DNA from: Candidatus Atabeyarchaeum deiterrae
GTDB taxonomy: Archaea > Asgardarchaeota > Atabeyarchaeia > Atabeyarchaeales > Atabeyarchaeaceae
Length of the DNA: 64,000 nt
Assembly (NCBI GenBank): GCA_037310415.1
Contig: CP147780.1
Coordinates: 1,536,001-1,600,000, forward strand
Reading direction: 5' to 3'
Below are positions 59,564-64,000 of the stretch, piece after piece (position 1 is the stretch's first letter; every line of letters starts with the position of its first letter). A program made the position numbers and the translations under genes. The notes beneath the pieces were generated by a model, which saw only the letters and a program-made list of their open reading frames with translations, was not told the DNA's origin and did not search any database.

Positions 59564-60315
59564 GTGAAGGTCGTATATCACGAAGGATACCGGGAAGTCT
59601 ATGCTGACGATCCTGCTTCTGCTCCTGGCCGAATGGAATCCATACTTGAGGCACTAGGTGACTCGTTCCCAATCGTTGAGCCGGTGGAGGCTGGCGAGGA
59701 CGCATTATTACTTGTTCATACTGCAGGTCACTTGCGTTTCGTGAAGGGGCTAGGGATTGTAGACAGGATAGCTAAACTTGCTGTTGGTGGGGCATTAACT
59801 GCGGCTGAGCTCGCAATGAAAGGCGAGGCGGCATTCGCTCTCATTAGACCGCCAGGGCATCACGCCAGCGCCGATTCCTGTTGGGGATTCTGCTATTTCA
59901 ACAACGTGGCGATTGCCATCGAGAAACTTCTGAGAGAGGGACAAATAGAGAAAGCAGTGATACTGGACTTCGACTTACACTTTGGCGATGGAACTAGCAA
60001 TATCTTCACAGGGAAATCAGAGGTAGCGTATTACCATGCTCCGCGTACCAACACTGCAGAATCCATCCGAGGCTATCTCACAGAAGTCGGAGAGCGCGAC
60101 ATAATCGCTGTATCTGCCGGATTCGATAGGCACGTGGAGGATGGGGCGGAACGCTGAGAACAGAGGACTACAAGAGAATAGGAGAAATAGTAAGCGAATA
60201 CGCCAAGGAGAACACGGAAGGAAGACAGTTCGCAGCACTTGAAGGAGGGTATAATCACAAGGTTCTTGGCGTTAACGTCAAAACGTTTATTGAAGGGATG
60301 GAAAAAGGACAATAG
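59564..60315 (+). pseudogene. Histone deacetylase family protein interrupted by a 1-nt frameshift at about 60142
   Basis: RPPGHHA, GFCYFNN, DFDLHFGDGT, SAGFD in frame 1; WGG...LEGGY continues in the -1 frame to TAG 60315. Confidence 0.85.
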
Positions 60316-60322
60316 GGCACTA

Positions 60323-61084
60323 TCACGGAAGGCGTTCTGTTCTCAGTTGATAGAGCTCTACTTTGGCGCTTTTGCAGGATTGTCGGAGCATCCCCTTTGT
60401 CTTAAGGCATATGATTGCCTTTCGAGCTTTTTTTCTTGTTAGCTCCATATATCCTTCAGCGAGCTTGCAAACCTGTCCAACGGCTTGCTCAGTGGCAGTA
60501 ACCTCAACTTCAACAACGATAGGAGTGCCATTCTTGTCGACAAGTAATAGGTCGATTCTCCCAGTCGGAGTTGGATACTCACACCCGAGTACCCTAGCGC
60601 CTTCCTCCACCATTGAAGGCTCCATTGAGATGAGTTGGGTTAACAATTCTTCCGTTGGCATCCTCTTCTGGTGAAGTGCCGTCTCGACACCCAAACTTAG
60701 CGCATTACTCAAATGATCTTCAACACTCTCAACCTTCTCTTCCAAGGCATGCGGAAAAACGGCTACGGGCCTGTCGAGATTATCTCTGACTAGGAGGATG
60801 GGCGTATTGTTGAAGTTTAGGTTCTTAGTTCCAGAGAGTGCCAAGATCATTCCTCCTCCGCTGACCACCCGCCCCCTTACCTGTGGAGGAATGCTTCGTA
60901 TGTCAGTGGCTATCTTCTCCTGATCTACATCTGTAAGTCGCAAAGCATCCACAACTATAGTCGTCACGGTTTCCTCTTTGACCTTGAGCTTCTCCAAGAG
61001 ATCCTTGGCGGAGCCAGCAGAGGAGCCTCCAGCGCCAGAATTCTTCAAATAGAGAGAGTATTTGTAGACGTTCTTTTCAGTCAT
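60323..61084 (-). CDS. Protein with C-terminal NucS/EndoMS-like PD-(D/E)xK domain (degenerate) and unknown N-terminal domain
   Basis: E..L...I...P..VEEG..VLG.EYPTPTGRIDLLLVD..G..IVVEVE......AVGQ. Confidence 0.75.
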   Translation of the reverse strand: MTEKNVYKYSLYLKNSGAGGSSAGSAKDLLEKLKVKEETVTTIVVDALRLTDVDQEKIATDIRSIPPQVRGRVVSGGGMILALSGTKNLNFNNTPILLVRDNLDRPVAVFPHALEEKVESVEDHLSNALSLGVETALHQKRMPTEELLTQLISMEPSMVEEGARVLGCEYPTPTGRIDLLLVDKNGTPIVVEVEVTATEQAVGQVCKLAEGYMELTRKKARKAIICLKTKGMLRQSCKSAKVELYQLRTERLP

Positions 61085-62016
61085 GGCTCATTCTCACCTC
61101 CAGATAAATGGAGTGGCGACTTAATTTGCGGAAACGAATTTGAGAGATAACGCTGCTCATGAATGAATGTTTCAACCAAGTTCTCGGTTGAGTACTCCCC
61201 TTGAGTGAATTCCTTATAGGTGGTTCTCATGCCCACTCTTTCAAACTGTGATTCCTTGCCGAAGACCTCATTCACTATCTTGGCAGAAGTCAACCCTTCT
61301 TCGTTCAATTTGACTATTCTTCTCCCGAGTTCCTCGCGTAGTAGTATTGAGGTGTCGAGAACACTCGATGCATCCATTACAGGACCAGGTACAGCGCCAA
61401 ACATGATTCGAGGAGCGAATCCCCTTATTCTCTTAAGAGATGATATCGTATGCCACTGGTTCTCATCCAAACGAGAAGCAACAGGTTTGACAGAAATAAA
61501 TAGGTCCCCAACGAAAATCCACCCTTCTTTGGGCTCAATAAGGGCTATGTGATCGAATGAGTGCCCCGGCACGTGGGCCACCTTAAATTCGTGGTTCTCC
61601 GTTTCGATTGCCTCTGGAATAGGTTTGGCGTCACTCGCGTCCGGATATCCCCATGTGAGTTCTTGATATGGATAGAGTTTAGGTCTCATCTTCATTAAAG
61701 GAATCGCGAAAGGATGCGCCAGAATTGAAACTTTCCGAGTCGACTGCAAAAGATGGTTCCCTGATATGTGATCTTCGTGGTGGTGTGTGTTAACGACGGT
61801 GCTGACGATTCTCGATTTCAGTAGGTCTACTAGTTCCTGCTTGGTGTAATTACAGCCAGTGTCGACGAGAAGGTCGTCGACCAAATATCCTGAAACCCAG
61901 TACAATGGTACGCCACCGACAGCATTGCTCATCTTGATCTGAGTGACTGCATCATCGATGACCATCGTCTTGATCACGTTGCCGCTAACCTCCGAAGACA
62001 TGCAAATACTCGACAT
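61081..62016 (-). CDS. Metallo-beta-lactamase fold hydrolase
   Basis: LVDTG, THHHEDHISG, PGHS.DH, FVGD. Confidence 0.92.
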   Translation of the reverse strand: MSSICMSSEVSGNVIKTMVIDDAVTQIKMSNAVGGVPLYWVSGYLVDDLLVDTGCNYTKQELVDLLKSRIVSTVVNTHHHEDHISGNHLLQSTRKVSILAHPFAIPLMKMRPKLYPYQELTWGYPDASDAKPIPEAIETENHEFKVAHVPGHSFDHIALIEPKEGWIFVGDLFISVKPVASRLDENQWHTISSLKRIRGFAPRIMFGAVPGPVMDASSVLDTSILLREELGRRIVKLNEEGLTSAKIVNEVFGKESQFERVGMRTTYKEFTQGEYSTENLVETFIHEQRYLSNSFPQIKSPLHLSGGENEP

Positions 62017-62138
62017 GGACTATCTTGCTTAGTTATTTCCGCGATTCAGGTGCCTTGGGCTTATAGTTGTCTTGAACTCACAATGACACACCATGAGGAA
62101 ACTGGAGACCCATTCTTTGCAGTGCATCTAGATCTCCG

Positions 62139-63476
62139 TCACCTGAGATACCCCAAGTGGTCTTTTTGGAGTTGGAGAATCTCGTCTAACATTTTCTGTG
62201 CATTGTTGACACTGTCTACTACTGGATCTGCGAGTAGGGCTTCTAGGGCTTTTTGCTTTGAGCCTGTTATTGCCGCCTCAGCGGTGAGGTCCTGAACTGT
62301 CGCTTGGTTCCTCATTAAACCTGCGAGTCCTGATGGGAGTGAACCGAGTTTGTCACCGTGCACTCCATTCCTGTCCGCTGTGGCAGGGCATTCCACAACG
62401 ATGTCTTGAGGGAGGTTGTCGATGATTCCTTCATTGGGGACATTGACTGACAGTTCACGTTGTTTAGAGTCGGTTATTATCCCTTCGATAATCGGGATTG
62501 CGCGTTCGCCGGAGGGTCTAAGCCAGAACTTTGCTGGTTTCTTGCCCTCGACTATTCTCTTTAGTTCTTTAGGCGACTCGAGGGTGAATAGTTTGTAGTT
62601 ATTGTAGAAATCGCGGCAGGCTTTGAGGTCAGCGACTTCCCATGCCCAGTGAATGTACTCGCCGAAATGGGTGTCATGTGTGTAAGGTAAGTAATTGTAC
62701 ACTCTGAGTATCTCCATCGTCAAATTCAAAGACTTATCGATTCCATACCTCAGGTCATTGGATGCGCGAACTTTCTCAAAGTAAGCTTCAGCCTTTCTCC
62801 TTATGTCGGGATAGGCATCCTTCCCCGTATCCTTGTACTTCACTTCGAGGAGTACGCCAAAATGGTTAAGTCCAGCTCCCTTGAACTCCAAGTTCGAGAA
62901 AGGCGTGTTGAGCATTTCTGGCAAGTAAGTCTCTACAAAACCAATCTCGTGACAGAGTCCAATGAATTTCACCTTTTTCCCAAACTTCTTCTTCACAGCG
63001 AGACATATTCTGCTCATGGGGTTGCTGAAATTAATTACATAGGCATTGGGGCAGATCTTCTCGACGTCCCCACAAATTTCAATTATCGGAGGGATAATTC
63101 GAAGCGAGTGGAAGAGTCCGCCTGGCCCACCGTTCTCACCAAATATCTGTCGGTTCCCGTATTTCCTGGGAACCTCGTAGTCCTGCTCCCAGAGTTTGAA
63201 CCGGTCACCGATCTCAATAGAACTAATGATGAAATCGGCGTCTTTGAACGCCTCTGGACGCGAAGTCGTTGCTTCAAGTGTGAAGTTGAGCTTCATTTCA
63301 TCAATAGCCATTTGGCAAGCTTGTCGAACCATCTCCAGTGACTTTGGATTGATGTCATGAAGGACAATAGTTCCGCCTTTGAGGATCCTGCTAATGAGAA
63401 TATCTGCAACTGTTTCAACACCAAACTGAGCGCTACCTGCACCTACCAAAACAATCCGTTTTCCTGGCATGCACAT
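62139..63476 (-). CDS. Glycoside hydrolase family 4 (NAD+-dependent alpha-galactosidase/alpha-glucosidase)
   Basis: IVLVGAGS..F, GENGGPGG, NFSNPM, GLCHE, GLNHF, VNVPN.G.I.NLP...VVE.P. Confidence 0.94.
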   Translation of the reverse strand: MCMPGKRIVLVGAGSAQFGVETVADILISRILKGGTIVLHDINPKSLEMVRQACQMAIDEMKLNFTLEATTSRPEAFKDADFIISSIEIGDRFKLWEQDYEVPRKYGNRQIFGENGGPGGLFHSLRIIPPIIEICGDVEKICPNAYVINFSNPMSRICLAVKKKFGKKVKFIGLCHEIGFVETYLPEMLNTPFSNLEFKGAGLNHFGVLLEVKYKDTGKDAYPDIRRKAEAYFEKVRASNDLRYGIDKSLNLTMEILRVYNYLPYTHDTHFGEYIHWAWEVADLKACRDFYNNYKLFTLESPKELKRIVEGKKPAKFWLRPSGERAIPIIEGIITDSKQRELSVNVPNEGIIDNLPQDIVVECPATADRNGVHGDKLGSLPSGLAGLMRNQATVQDLTAEAAITGSKQKALEALLADPVVDSVNNAQKMLDEILQLQKDHLGYLR

Positions 63477-63880
63477 CTTTCACCTCTCGTAATATTCGAT
63501 CTCTTAATTCCCATAGCTCTTGGGAGCATTGTCCCCAAGAGTATGGTTGTTGAGGATACTCAGAGCTTGACGATGAAGGAGGTTCAGCATGCTATATATA
63601 GATTGTTTTCTCAGCTGAGTCTTAATCTTCTTTTTTGTCAACCGATATCGACCGAGTCACATGTTCTGTTAGATACATGATGTGAATGCTTCGAATATCC
63701 TTACAATTCGTGTGCGCGATCTCAAAATCAAATGGACGAATCGCTAACAATAACCCATTTATCAGCGAAAGTCAGAGCAGAACGGGAAAAGAAGAAAAAG
63801 ACAGGTTCAACATGTCTTTTCTGGTTATTCCCGGCTAAATAGCTGGTCTCTCTACAAGACATTGGGTCATCAAAAAACGA

Positions 63881-63922
63881 GTTTTGCCCCATCAGAACCG
63901 AACGCCCTGATGGGGTGAAAAC
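63881..63922. other. Intergenic inverted repeat / hairpin
   Basis: GTTTT-G-CCCCATCAG (11-nt loop) CTGATGGGG-TG-AAAAC. Confidence 0.5.
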
Positions 63923-64000
63923 AACAGTATAATCAGTTGCAACTGATTACGCAGTCTACTTGGCTAAGCCGATTCCAAAGTTCCTCTTTATCCACTCAGA

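Noticed and set aside
60155-60157. TGA in the HDAC ORF as possible selenocysteine or readthrough
   Set aside because: The conserved C-terminal motifs lie in a different frame, so a frameshift explains it rather than recoding

Overview
Gene-dense archaeal chromosomal segment, most likely from an Asgard archaeon. Evidence: archaeal ATP-dependent DNA ligase, Alba and tetrahydromethanopterin (H4MPT) genes, plus eukaryotic-signature-type proteins (three Roadblock/LC7, longin, gelsolin-like, SNAP-like, small GTPases, ARM-RING). Metabolic content: a split methanopterin biosynthesis set (mptA-mptE-mptD, dmrX, DHPS-like, DUF447-mptG), a Liv-type ABC transporter followed by a HEAT-repeat protein and an acyl-CoA ligase, a second acyl-CoA ligase, tandem Zn-ADHs, an OYE/FadH-like oxidoreductase, peptidases and a GH4 glycosidase. 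The most notable region is a divergent signalling island at 52.5-59.3 kb: Roadblock-GTPase-Roadblock plus a KaiC-like ATPase on the minus strand, and longin plus four tandem V4R paralogs plus a degenerate KaiC-like ATPase on the plus strand. Its fold inventory parallels eukaryotic TRAPP/Ragulator GTPase-regulating complexes. Also notable are a GTPase-longin/uDENN-pseudo-CHAT fusion, an alpha-SNAP-like protein, an ARM-wHTH-Zn ribbon-RING protein and a frameshifted HDAC. No rRNA, tRNA, CRISPR array or transposase was recognised. All family calls come from motif recognition by eye; no database search was run.
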